Shown: positions 12,361 through 24,254 of the stretch, piece by piece
How the letters are laid out: each line of letters begins with the position of its first letter
Numbering within the stretch: the first letter of the stretch is position 1
Source of the DNA: Leucoraja erinacea
Taxonomy: Eukaryota
Direction of reading: 5' to 3'
NCBI RefSeq assembly: GCF_028641065.1
Contig: NC_073379.1
Coordinates: 74,338,001 to 74,402,000, forward strand
DNA: 64,000 nt
Notes under the pieces: model-generated
The model's database searches: none
What the model was told of the DNA's origin: nothing
Seen by the model: the letters and a program-made list of their open reading frames with translations, nothing else
Program-made: the position numbers and the translations under genes

Positions 12361-13250
12361 CAATACAATACAATACAATACAATTTATTTGTCGTTTGGA
12401 CCCCGTTGAGGTCCAAACGAAATGTTGTTTCTGCAGTCATACATACAAAATTAAAAAGACCCAAGACACAACACAATTTACACAAACATTCTTCACAGCG
12501 CATCTTCTCCTCGCTGTGAAGGAAGGCAAAAAAAACATATCTCTCCCCTGCACTCCCCTCTCCCCCCCATGTCAGAGTCAAAGACAGAGTCAAAGCCCCC
12601 AGCGGGCGATGTTAAATGTCCCGCAGCCATTAAAGCCACGCCGGGTGATGCAAGGCCAAGCACCGGGTCTTGGTGTTGGAGCCCCGGCGGGCTCTTGGTG
12701 TTGGAGCCCCGGCGGGCGCTCACAAAGTCCCGCGGCAATTCCAAGCCGCGCGGGGCAGGGATGTAAGGCCCCGCTCCAGGTAATCTTCAACCCCGCAACT
12801 CGGGCGGGAGAAGTCGCCGTTGCGGAAGCCCCGAAAAGCGGTCTCCAACCAGGGACCCGCGGGCTCCCGGTATTTCTGTCCACAGACCTGCGGTAGGAGC
12901 TTCCGAATCTCCGGGGGTCGGGCCACAGCAGCGCTCCACCACAGCTCCACCCGCTCCGGACTCGGCCAGCTCCGTGAAGGTGAGTCGTCCGCAGCTCCGC
13001 GACTGGAGCCCCAGGTCGTTCCTGCTGGAGGCCGCTCCACGTAGCAGCCCCAACGACAACGGAGACCCGACAAAGAAAAGGTCGGGTCTCCCGTGCAGGG
13101 GAAAGAATTTAGAGTTTCCCCAACCCCCCGCCCCCCACACACATACCCCGACAAAAAATAATTAAAAACTACATTTAAACGAAACAGAAAATAATAAATA
13201 GACAGACGGACTGCAGAGGCCGCTGCTGACGAGAGTTGCGCCGCCCACCG
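12361..13250 (-). mobile_element. GC-rich non-autonomous retroposon with a Rex1-type 3' stem-loop and (caata)n tail
   Basis: (caata)4 tail and an 11-bp hairpin at 12392-12420. CpG-rich non-coding body. Its 3' region resembles 23660-23850. No tRNA head recognised. Confidence 0.6.
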
Positions 13251-13805
13251 AAATTATTGAGTGATACAGTGTGGAAACAGGCCCTTCGGCCCAGCTACAC
13301 TAGTCCCACCTGCCTGTGCTTGGTCCATTTCCCTCCAAACTTGTCCTATGCATGTACCTGTCTAACTGTTTCTTAAATGTTGGGATAGTCCCTGCCTCAA
13401 CTACCTCCTCTGGCAGCTTGTTCCATACACCCACCTCCCTGGGTGGTGGGTGTTAATGGGTCTGAAGAAGGGTCTCAGCATGAAATGTCACCTGTCCCTT
13501 TTTTGCAGAGATGCTGCACGACCCGCTGAATTACTCCAGCATTTTGTATCTATCTTCAGTGTAAACCAGCATCTGCTGTTTGTTCCTACACAAGAGTGTT
13601 TAATTATCATATGTACAGAAACGAAACAATGAAATTCTTACATAAGCATGTCATGTTAAATGAGTACCTGAGATGTTGAGAGCAAAGCACATTTAGCATT
13701 ATCTGTGAGAACATGGAACTGTGAGTTACATTCATCAATAAAATTGATAAGTTTGTAAATCATGGAGACCGAGACAGGCCAGCAGATAACGCAAAGAAGA
13801 ATTCA

Positions 13806-14612
13806 TCAATGTGAGGTTATCCACTTTTGTGGCAAAAACAGGAAGGCAGTTATTATCTGAATGGTGTCATGTTGGGAAAAGGGGAAGTACAGAGAGATAT
13901 GGGGGTTCTTGTTCATCACTCACTGAAAATAAGCATGCAAGTACAGCAGGCAGTGAAGAAAGCTAATGGCATGTTGGCCTTCATAAGAAGAAGATCTGAG
14001 TATAGGAGCAAAGAGGTTCTTCTGCAGTTGTACAGGGCCCTAGTGAGACCACACCTGGAGTATTGTTTGCAGTTTTGGTCTCCAAATTTGAGGAAGGACA
14101 TTCTTGCTATTGAGGGAGTGCAGCATAGGTTCACCAGGTTAATTCCCGGGATGGCGGGACTGTCATATGTTGATAGAATGGAGTGGCTGGGTTTGTATAC
14201 ACTGGAATTTAGGATGAGAGGGGATCTTATTGAAACATATAAGACTATTAAGGGATTGGACACACTAGAGGCAGGAAACATGTTCCCAGTGTTGGGGGAG
14301 TCCAGAGCCAGGGGCCACAGTTTAAGAATATGGGGTAGGCCATTTAGAACAGAGATGAGGAAAAACATTTTCACCCAGAACATTGTGAATCTGTGGAATT
14401 CTCTGCCTCAGAATGTAGTGGAGGCCAATTCTCTGGATGCTTTCACGAGACAGTTAGATAGAGCTCTGAAGATAGTGGAGTCTGGGGATATGGTGAGAAG
14501 GCAGGAACGGGGTACTGAATGTGGATGATCAACCATGATCACAGTGAATGGTGATGCTGGCTCGAGGGGTTGAATGGCCTACTCCTGCACCTATTATCTA
14601 TTTTCTATTGCC
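13806..14612 (+). mobile_element. CR1 ORF2 3' part
   Basis: ORF 13827-14528 (YRALVRPHLEYC...QFWSP), 3' stem-loop and ctatt tail. An oppositely oriented CR1 piece adjoins at 14613-14815. Confidence 0.93.
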
Positions 14613-15068
14613 TATTAAATCTGTCAATCTCCGTCTTAAAAATATCCATTGACTTGGCCTTTATAGCCATGTGTGGCAATGAATTCCACAGATTCACCAC
14701 CCTCTGACTAAAGAAATTCTTCCTCATCTCCTTTTTAAAGCTATGTCCTTTTATTCTGAGGCTATGGCTTCTGGTCCTAGATTCTCCCACTAGTGGAAAC
14801 ATCCTCTCCACATCCAGAAGTACCAGCACTATCAAGTGGAATTATATATTGAAAGTACCAATTCACCAATATTGTGCATCATATGAGCAGCACAACATAC
14901 CACATTACCCCAACACATCTCTTCGCTGTTACATCACATTACATCATGCTGTTATCAGGCAACTGAACCATCCTACCATAACCAGAGAGCAGTCCTGAAC
15001 TACTATCTACCTAATCGGGGACTCTCGGACTATCTTTGATCGGAGTTTACTCGCTTTATTTGCGCTAA

Positions 15069-15117
15069 GGGGAGGGAGATTGCAACCTTCACGTGCCCTG
15101 TTTCAACGAATGCAATC
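15069..15117 (+). ncRNA. HDV-like (CPEB3-type) self-cleaving ribozyme, degenerate copy
   Basis: P1 GGGGAGG; P2 GATTGCA pairs perfectly with TGCAATC; P3 ACC; L3 TTCACGT (same as CPEB3); P1' remnant GCCCT; J1/4 GT; tiny P4; J4/2 CGAA. P3' is absent (about 5 nt missing). Confidence 0.6.
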
Positions 15118-15203
15118 AACCTGGCGTGCACAATCAAATAAGATCAAATAGAACAAGTTGTCCTAAAACTTTAGGCTGTGCACACCATACGCAAGAGGAA
15201 GAC
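15069..15203 (+). mobile_element. ~135-bp non-autonomous retroposon (Vingi/RTE-type ends) headed by an HDV/CPEB3-like ribozyme
   Basis: TSD ttgcgctaa (15060-15068) and ttgcactaa (15204-15212). 3' end ccatacgcaagaggaaga. The 5' end folds as a double-pseudoknot ribozyme remnant. Confidence 0.7.
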
Positions 15204-15794
15204 TTGCACTAAATGTTATTCCCTTATCATGTACCTGTGCACTGCAAATGGCACAATTGTAATCATGTAATGTCATGTAATTATCATGTAGTGGATGGTT
15301 AGCACACACAAAAGCTTTTCACTGTACCTCGACAATAAACTAAACTGAATAATCATGAGTGCAACACACTTCATCGCCAACAAAATACATCCCCTGGTCA
15401 CAGGGAGTGATAACTATATCCAAGTTTTTGTGCAATGGCACCACCAAGTCTTATCACTTGGTAATGATGCACACAAGGATCTAGAAGTGACAATTAGTAA
15501 CAACGTTTTAAACTAGATCTTCCAAGTTAAACATATCAGGAAAATATATATTTTTTAAGAAAAAAGGTTTGATACGATTATAGGGAACTATATGGTCATA
15601 GGCACAACATTATACATAGGTATAATACATTATTCTCTGTAGGCAGAGTCTTGAAATAAACATGACATAAGCCACAGATGCACCATCTGATAGAGTCCTC
15701 TGCATCATACACCCATGTCCTCTGTGGGAATCTGCTGGGGTTATTCTTCCAGATGAAGGCATGTGCAATGGACTGGGCCATCAAGGAGGCTCAC

Positions 15795-15867
15795 TGCTCC
15801 TCTGTGACGGGGACATGGCTTCCTTCAGTAACCTTGAAACCACCGGGACCTCGTTGTCCCATATTTG
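15795..15867 (-). CDS. Candidate internal exon (QIWDNEVPVVSRLLKEAMSPSQRS)
   Basis: Acceptor tttctttccccctgcaacactgtag and donor gca|gtgagc. In phase with the exon at 24210-24254. An alternative frame reads NMGQRGPGGFK|gt. Confidence 0.35.
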
Positions 15868-16444
15868 CTACAGTGTTGCAGGGGGAAAGAAACTGTTAGA
15901 CTCATATAATCATACAGCATGGCCATGCCGACCAACAAGCGTCGACCCACACTTGCCATCACTGTTTTGACTTTTTAGTACAAGAATTGATTGGAGACAT
16001 GTTAATGATGTTCATTAATTAAAATGCTGCAACCTCATCCTTCCATTAGATATGAAACTAATTACAACCAATGGGTTCAGATAGAATTAACCTCAAGCAA
16101 ACAAATGTGCTCTTTAAGCTTGCATTAATATTAATATTGCTCAGTGATACAGCACAGAAACACCCTCATAGCCCAACTGGCTCATGCTGACCAAGGTTCT
16201 CCATCTATACTGATCCCACCTGCCTGCAAGTGGCCATATTCCTGTAAACACACAAGAGATTAGGGTACAAAATGAGGGCACATTGGGGGTAGGTAATTGA
16301 CATGGATAGAGAACTGGTTGGTAGACAGGAAGCAAAGAGTAGGAATTAACGGGTCCTTTTCAGAATGGCAAGTAGTGAATAGTGGAATTCCACTAGGCTC
16401 GGTGCTGGGACCCCAGTTATTTACAATATATATTAACGATTTAG

Positions 16445-16740
16445 AATAGTAAGATTAAATGAGAACTTACCAGTTTGAAGTTTGATCTTTATTTTATGAG
16501 GAGTTACGATGAGGGATTACGTGAAGACCCCGCCAGCATGCATGCGCGACATTCTTTAAAGCAGCGGTGTGGAATCACTAATAGTAACTGAAATAAACAT
16601 AGTAAGATAAGAAGAACTAATATACCAGTTGACCTTTATAATATAGGGCGGGAGCAGAGGGCACGTAATCCCTCATCGTAACTCCTCATGAAATAAAGAT
16701 CAAACTTCAAACTAGTAAGTTCTCGTTTAATCTTACTATT
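16445..16740. repeat. DIRS ITR/ICR inverted repeat
   Basis: 16445-16523 is the near-perfect reverse complement of 16662-16740. Confidence 0.9.
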
Positions 16741-19700
16741 TTACTTCGGAGTCACGTGAGTGACTAAGTGAAGATTTTAAAGATCTGTGACTTCAAGCCG
16801 TGGAACAGTCCATGCTCCACTCACTGCCGGTCATTCAAGGGAGGAAGTATGTTATCGTATTCAGACATGTATCCAATTCAAACAATAACAATTTATTTTA
16901 ACAAAATAATGCTCCCTAGGGCTAAATATATTACAGAATTCAAACTTGATTCTGCAACACCGCAGGTTTGGTTATTGCTTATTATAAAGAATTGGAAGGT
17001 CTTTCTCTAGACCATCCTGCTGTTGCCAGGATATGGTCCGTAGGCACTTCCATGTCTCTTGCTGCCAGTGTTGCTGTTGCCCTTGTGGATAGAGAATTAA
17101 GATGTCAGTATCCATCCCAGCAGCTCCAAACCCTGTCTGAGCCATCTGGAGATGGTTTGTACTGATACCCGGCCATTAGGTTGTTTATGGCTGTCCATAG
17201 TGCCAATTTACTTCCTCTTAAAGTTTTAGTAGTCTTAAGGTATAGTAGAAGGTGTGTCATTACACACATTCGGGTGTCAGATGGGTAAGCCTGGAATTCC
17301 AAATTTTGTCCTGATGTTCCTGGTCTCTCTTGTTTAACAAGCTCTAATATGCGAAGTTATCTTTTCTGGAGATGCCATCATTTTTTCCAGTCTCAGTTTA
17401 TGTAGAAACTGGACCCTTAGAGCTGAGGCCAGTGCCATCAGAATACTGTTTTTAATGTCAGTTTTCCCCCAGGGACAGGGACAATGCTAGTGCCCCTAGC
17501 AATGTTAGTACAACACTGACGTCTCAGATCTGGGAGTACCTCGCTGTAGGAGGGTTAGTGTAAATAATCCTCATAAGAGGGTGAGATCCCATGGAGAGTT
17601 TTTCGTGGCGCCTACCTCCAGCAAGCTGACAGGACACTCCTGCACAATTATAGTGCTGCAGCTCAGTCCTTCATCTACATGAAGGCTGGACAGGAATTCC
17701 CAGCACGTTGGTGATTGTAGCTGTATTATACGCTACACCAGTCCTTGTTGATTCTTGATAGGCCGCCGTGATCATGCTCATGGTCCTGTCCGCCAGCCCG
17801 GATCTTAGCATGGTGGACTATGGTTCAGAGACTATGTCAAGGACCATAGGGACCCATGGCTGTGTAGGCCAATCAGGTACTTCCAAGACACCTGATGCTG
17901 AGACCATATGTATTTTGCATAGGATCCGACTGATGAGGCAGGAGAGGAAAAACATTGTAAACAATTTTCCCCAATTCAGTGAGAAACGTCCATTGCCGCT
18001 GCCCCAAGTGTGGTTCCCAAGCGACATATGTTGGTAACTGGTGATTGGGTCTAGATGCAAATAGATTGATATCTGGTGTCCCTATCTTTTAGTAATATCA
18101 GCAGACTTTTTTGTGGTCCAACAGCCATTCGATGCTGTCATTGAATTTTCATGACCTGGTGCGTGCCACTGCATTGAGCTTACCTGGTAGGTAAGTTTGC
18201 TGATAGCCAAATATGTAACACACAATTGCCAAATTGTATTGGCCAGATTGACACATAATATCGATTTTATTCCACCCATATGGTTAATATATGCCATCAC
18301 TGTGGTATTATCAATTTGTAGGCGGACATGCAGATGGTGCATTGTGAGCAGTAGGCTTTTAGCCAATGAAATGCACCCAACAGCTCTAAATAATTTATAC
18401 CGAGTGTTTTTAGTAATGATGATTCCTAATGTTCCATCTACCATCAGTTCTGGATACAGTGTTAGTAACTCCCCAGCCATGAGCGCTGACCTCCATTTGT
18501 AATGTGAATGATGATTACTAATAATGATGGGCTGGAACTATGCCAAGTATTCCCTTTCATCATTATAACTCTGAATTGCTTTGGCTGGTAACTGCATAGG
18601 TCGATCAAAGTGATCTGTGAGGTGTTTTTGCTCTTGTACTTTTGCCCTTTTTGAGCTTTGATGATGCAAGGCCCAAACTGAGTAGCTGGAAATGCTGCTA
18701 CTAATTTCCCAATTACTCTTGTCTCCTGTTGAATAGATGGTTTATTTTGTAATAATTAATTTTGTTGTAGGCTTCCACCAAGTCTGCTGCTTTCCTCTTT
18801 GGCAATGTTACAGACATATAGAAAATGTTAATTGTAAATCCCAGAAAGTCCATAGTTGTGGATGCCGTCAACTTAGATTTATCTGGATGGAGATGACCCC
18901 AGAGTTTCAACCCAATGTTTGGTAGCTAAAACTGCTGATTTAGCTAGTTCCAGGGTTTTTCTCCACAATTGATATGTCATCAAGATATGCCATGACAATA
19001 TGTTTTGTTTCCTAAGTATTACCAAGGCCAGTTTTAATATCTTGGTGAACAGTCTTGGGGCTAAAGTTTAGCCCATTAGGCAATGCTATACTCTGCCATA
19101 GTTGCCCCATCCAGTTAAATTTTAGGTATTGACAATGATCGTTCCATGTCTCCCAAAACAAGTGTAACATTCCCCCTGTTAGTACAGGTCGTACACCTTT
19201 GTGTTCTGGAAGGAACCAGATCCACCTACCTCCCTGGTTGCCGGCGGTACGTCCCTTTCTTCAACTTCTGCCTCTTCTGCAGAAAAGACGCCGGAGTGCG
19301 GGTTTGGCACGTTTTCCATGAGGGCCGCTCTGGGCCTTGGCCTAAAAAGGACCTTCGTGGTTGCTGCGCGGCCCTCATGCTTTCACCAGCGTTCTGGGGT
19401 TGATGCCTGCTGGTTGATGCATAGGGGTGCTGCCGTCTGAGGTGTGTGTTCTGCCCGTTGCTGATGACGCTGTCATGAGCCCAATGGCTTTAAACTCTTT
19501 GTCAAGCTTTTTTACTTGTTTAGACAAGTTTCCCCCCCGGTTGTGTTGCAGCTGTTTCGCACAACCCTGCAAATTTGGGGTTTAGTGCAGGTTTACTGTG
19601 CTCTCGCAAGCAATTGATTTCATAGTGGGTATTGCGGAGCAATGTCAGTCCTGCTGAGTGCCGTCATCTCTGTACCATCGTCTGAGCGAGCAACCAATGA

Positions 19701-19970
19701 TATGCCCGCTGTTAGAAGTTTTAGAATCTTCTGTAGTTTGACCTCCTGGGTTTTTGTGCCAGTCCCACTGTATCCCCAGATAGCATTGTTTGCTGCAGGC
19801 ACTTTCACAAAGTAAAGTTCACAGGAAGCATATACTTCTCCGTAATTTCGTTACGTGTTCCTGCAGAGGATGGAAGTACAGGTAGTCGATGCTGGCCGCC
19901 AGCTTGGTCTGTAATGGTACTCCTGCTTTCGTTGATCCGCAAATTTGGTGATCACTCCCAGTAGCTCCTT
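16445..19970 (-). mobile_element. DIRS1-like tyrosine-recombinase retrotransposon, 5'-truncated and decayed
   Basis: gag-like pieces (19146-19808), RT ALPNG/MAYLDDI/DFLGFTI, RNase H IDNTTVMAYINHMGG, methyltransferase-like VPDWPTQPW, and YR FQAYPSDTRMCV...STRA..AA...ILATAGWS. A 79-bp inverted repeat marks the 3' end. Confidence 0.9.
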
Positions 19971-20714
19971 AGGAGGTGCAACGAGACCTGGACGTGCTTG
20001 TACATCAGTAGCTGAAAGTAAGCATGCAGGTACAACTGGCTGTGAAGAAAGCTAATGGCATGTTGGCCTTCATTGCGAGAGGATTTAAGTTTAGGGGCAA
20101 GGAGGTCCTACTGTTGTTGTACAGGGCCCTGGTTAGACCACACCTGGAGTATTTAGTGCAATTGTGGTCTCCTAATTTGAGGAAGGACATTATTGCTATT
20201 GAGGGAGTGCAGCGTAGGTTCACTAGGTTAATTCCCTGGATGGTGGGACTGACATGTGATGAAAGAATGAGTCAACTGGGCTTGTATTCATTGGAACCTA
20301 AAGGGATGAGAGGCTATCTTATAGAAACATATAATAAAGGATTGGACAGGCTAGATGCAGGAAAAAATGTTCCCGTTGTTGGGGGAGTCCAGAACCAGGA
20401 GTCACAGTTTAAGAATAAGGGGTAGGTCATTTAGGACTGAGATGAGGAAACACTTTTTCACCCAGAGAGTTGTGAATCAGTGGAATTCTCTGCCACAGAA
20501 GACAGTGGAGGCCAATTCACTGGATGTTTTCAAGAGAGAGTTAGATTTAGCTCTTAGGGCTAAAGGAATAAAGGGACATGGGGAAAAAGCAGGAATGGCA
20601 TATTGGTGTTAGATGATCCGCCATGATCATATTGAATGGCAGTGCTGGCTCAAAGGGCCGAATGGCCTACTCCTGCACCTATTTAACTGACCTTAGCCAT
20701 CTCCACTATTATCC

Positions 20715-21830
20715 AGTTTAATAATTAAACATTAAACCCACTGATAGAATGCCTCAGAGTAACAGTAACAAACATGGAAAGAGTGCTGCACTCAGCAGCA
20801 CTCAAATCCTTGATGACCATAAAAATTGCTTAACATTTAATACTTCTGCTTTCAAAACAGAATTATTAATAACTTTACCACGGAAGACACATTTACAACT
20901 CATCAAAACTGTTAATTGTATATTTGAAAACCTTAGTTGTGAATTGCTTCCTCTTCAGATTCTCCACACTCTTCCTGCATGCTAAAATGTCCTGTTTTCA
21001 GTTGGGAATTATCTTTTGACGCTTGGCTTAGCAAATAGCTGACAAAATACTATCAAGGAACAACATATGCCTACAAGTGCCGGTTGGATCAAACTCATCA
21101 GATTGGGTGGAAGTAAATGTAACACCTCTATTCAAGAAAGGAGTGGAGAGCAATGGGGAAGCACAGGCCAACTAGCCTGACATTACTTATCAGGAAAATG
21201 TTGAAATCTTTTAACAGGGCACTTATAGAATTATAATAGGATTAGGCAAAGTCAACACGCTTTTATGGCAGCAAAATCATGTTTGACAAAGTCAACAGTT
21301 TTCTTTCGGGATGTAACCAGCAGAATAGATAAGGAGAGAATAAATTAATGAGCTATATTTGGCTTTAGGATAACAGAGAGCAGAGCATGTGGCATACCTA
21401 GACTTTCAAAAGGCACCACAGAAAAAGGTTGTTATGGTTTGTAAAGGTTCAAGGCTTGAGAATCAAATGAACAAAAGACTGTTTAAAGGACAGAAAACGT
21501 TGCAGAAATGAACACTTTTTCCCCAAGTTTGCAGCATTTTGCTCGTGAGGTACCACAGGATTGATTCTGGGCCTTTAGCTATTTACAGTATATTCTATAT
21601 TCTGATTTAAATGAAATGACAGAATGTATTGTAGCAAAGTTTGCTGATGGTACAATATGCGAGGGAAAGAGCCTTAAGGAAGTATGGAAAGATGTGGAAA
21701 TTAAATGAGTAGCCAAAAAGGAAACATATGTGTAACATGAAGTGTAAAATATGACAAAGGAATTTATAAAAGATAAAAATAAACTATTTTAAACAGTGGA
21801 AAACTCGTAAATGTTAGACAAAATATCAAA
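20715..21830 (+). repeat. Old duplicated block (non-CR1 segment plus ancient CR1), copy 1
   Basis: Colinear with 43555-44040 plus 47970-48580, including the junction into the decayed CR1. Confidence 0.75.
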
Positions 21831-21939
21831 TGCCTATGGATGCTGAAATCTCAAATAAAAACTGAAACTTTGACCTAAATATTTCCGGCATTTTTAGTTT
21901 TAGTGAAAATGTTGATGTGCAGATGATTCTGATCTGGTT

Positions 21940-22463
21940 GCTGCATAAAAGGGACCACATCACCTCGATCTTGGCCTCTCTCCACTGGCTCCCAGTACGG
22001 TACAGAATCAACTTCAAGCTCGTCCTATACGTATACAAAGCCCTTAACGGACCTTCCCCCCCCATATCAAAAATATTCTATCCCACCATTCTACCTCCAA
22101 GTCCCTCAGGTCAGCCCACTTGGGGCTACTGACTATCCCTCATTCTAGGTTTAAGCTCAGCGGTGACCACGCTTTTGCGGTTGCAGCACCTAGACTGTGG
22201 AATAGCATCCCGCTCCTCATCAGAACTGCTCCCACCATCGACTCCTTTAAGTCACGACTCAAAACCTATTTCTACTCCCTAGCGTTTTTGAGCCCCTCTG
22301 AGGGGGCGCTGTAAACAGTTTATGTATTGTAATGTTAGGTCTGTCTATCGTTGTATTTATCAAACTAGTACATGCCCTGATGTGAAGCACTTTGGTCAAC
22401 GTGAGTTGTTTTTAAATGTGCTGTTCAAATACAATTATATTATTATTATTATTATTATTATTA
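21940..22463 (+). mobile_element. L2 LINE 3' fragment
   Basis: RDHITSILASLHWLPVRYRINFKL and AFAVAAPRLWNSIP motifs, with a (tta)n tail. Confidence 0.88.
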
Positions 22464-22480
22464 TAAAATACTAAAAGTTA

Positions 22481-23300
22481 TGACCCTGTCTCACGGTGCG
22501 AGTTCACCCACGAGTGATCCCGAGTGAAAGAAAAAATCAAACTCCTGGTTGTCTACGAGATTCCAAGTTTATGTTCATGAGTTTAAACGAGTTCCCAGTA
22601 TCAGTCAGTATCAGTATCAGTATATCTTATTGTTATTTCCTGAGTACTCACATACCCAGAGGAAACAAAAAAACGTTGCTCAACCAGTGTCCGTTCAGTG
22701 TGCAGTACAAATAACAACAAGTAAATAGAAATAAAAATACATATATCATGAACAAATTAGATTAAACACTCTACTCTCTACTAAACATCAACAGGCGTTC
22801 CGATCGACAGCTGCTGCAGTGTGTCCAGGTTGGTGGTTGGTGCGCGATACTTTGGCAGGGGGCTAAGTCCGTTTATCAGTCTTATAGCCTGCGGGAAGAA
22901 GCTGAGGAGCATCCTGCTGGTTTTGCAGCTAATGCTCCTGTACCTCTTCCCAGATGGCAGGATGGAGAATATGTGATGCGATGGGTGGTAGGGGTCTTTG
23001 ATGATGGAGATGGCTCTGTTGAGACATCTCTTCCTGTATATGTCCAGCAAGAAAGGGAGTGGAGCACCAATAATCCTGCTGGCGGTCTTCACAATCCTGT
23101 CAAGTTGGTGCCGTTCGTACGCCTTGCAGCTCCCGTACCAGGAAGTGATGCCGTTGGTTAATGTGTTCCCACGTGTATGTCTAAGTTTGCCGTTTACTTC
23201 TCATTTCTGCGATGTACCAAGTTTCTCTCCCGAGTTACTCTTGAGCCAACAACGACTACCAACGTGTGGAAAAATCACCACATGGCAAAAATGATCCCAT
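22481..23300. mobile_element. Harbinger-type MITE left part, interrupted by Rex1
   Basis: TIR-like tgaccctgtctcacggtgcga...cacgagtgatcccgagt after tta. Its inverse lies at 26349-26393. Confidence 0.55.
22599..23157 (-). mobile_element. Rex1/Babar LINE 3' fragment
   Basis: KTASRIIG...IIKDPYHPSHHIFSILPSGKRYRS...SFFPQAIRL, with a (tatcag)n tail. Confidence 0.88.
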
Positions 23301-24209
23301 GCAGTCTTTTTTTTCACTATAAAAAGCCTCCCATGTTTAAATTTCTTAGGGTTATGGAATCAAGGGATATGGCGAGAAAGCAGAAACGGGGTACTGATTT
23401 TGGATGATCAGCCATGATCATATTGAATGGCAATGCTGGCTCGAAGGGCCGAATGGCCTACTCCTGCACCTATTTGCTATGTGTTTATACCTTTTAAATG
23501 TTTTGACATGCGTTTCAGGATTCCAGCATCTGTCTTTTCCAATATCCCTTTCCCTGTATTTCTCTTGGGCTTTTCCTCTCTTTCCCCGACTCCTATCTCC
23601 TCCGCCAGTCCATCTGAGTGTAGATCGGAAGCCTGGATCGCCTCAACAGAGGGAGAACAAGGAGGGAAGAGACAAGGTCTTTATGACTTTTGCCTTCCAT
23701 CACAGTGAGGAGAACCTGGTAGATTCACTGTGGTAGATGTTAAATCTGAGTTTATTGTGTGTTTTGTTATTTATTCTATGTTATGACTGCAAGGCATGAA
23801 ATTTCGTTCAGACTGAAAAGTCTGAATGACAATAAAGGATACTTGACTTGATACTTGAGATATGAAGTTCATGTTGGCTGCCTACTTGAAGGACTGTCAC
23901 CTTCCCCCAATGTGTCGGTGAGTGGTCGAATGGAGCTCAGGTGGGAAAGTGATGTGAATGCGGGCAGAAATGAGTGTGAGGTGAATGAGTGTTTGACGGC
24001 TGGCTCAGTGGGCCGAAGGGCCTGTTTCCGCCCTTTGGGCCATTTTCACCAGGTGTGAGCACTGCTATACGCGAAGCTTCGCTATTTGTAAAGGTTTCCT
24101 GTCTAATGTACTTTTTTAAACTCACTGAACCCGAGTTTTGGGATAGTACATTTCTCACCCCTGTTTATTCATCGCTCGCAGACTGTATTTCGGGGATCTC
24201 GCCTCACAC

Positions 24210-24254
24210 CTGTACCATTGACCACGTTATCATATCCTGCACTGTTTTATCCAT
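24210..24254 (-). CDS. Candidate first coding exon (MDKTVQDMITWSMVQ) of an unidentified gene; exon 24210-24297
   Basis: Acceptor tttgccaacag, good Kozak gacATGG, donor CAG|gtgtga. CpG-containing unique sequence. Confidence 0.45.

Larger units (their letters stand above)
14945..15350 (+). mobile_element. Rex1-type 3' fragment hosting a small insertion
   Basis: gctgttatcaggcaactgaac...aagcttttcactgtacctc...acaataaactaaact, similar to 61620-62100. Confidence 0.6.
16250..20685 (+). mobile_element. CR1 RT fragment split by the DIRS element (16250-16444 and ~19973-20685)
   Basis: The left part ends at PQLFTIYINDL. The right part resumes at EVQRDL and runs to the 3' tail. Confidence 0.85.

Noticed and set aside
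12258-13165. Cluster of long overlapping ORFs on both strands
   Set aside because: They are a by-product of high GC in a non-coding retroposon, with no domain motifs. The element's 5' end also failed to fit an HDV-like fold.
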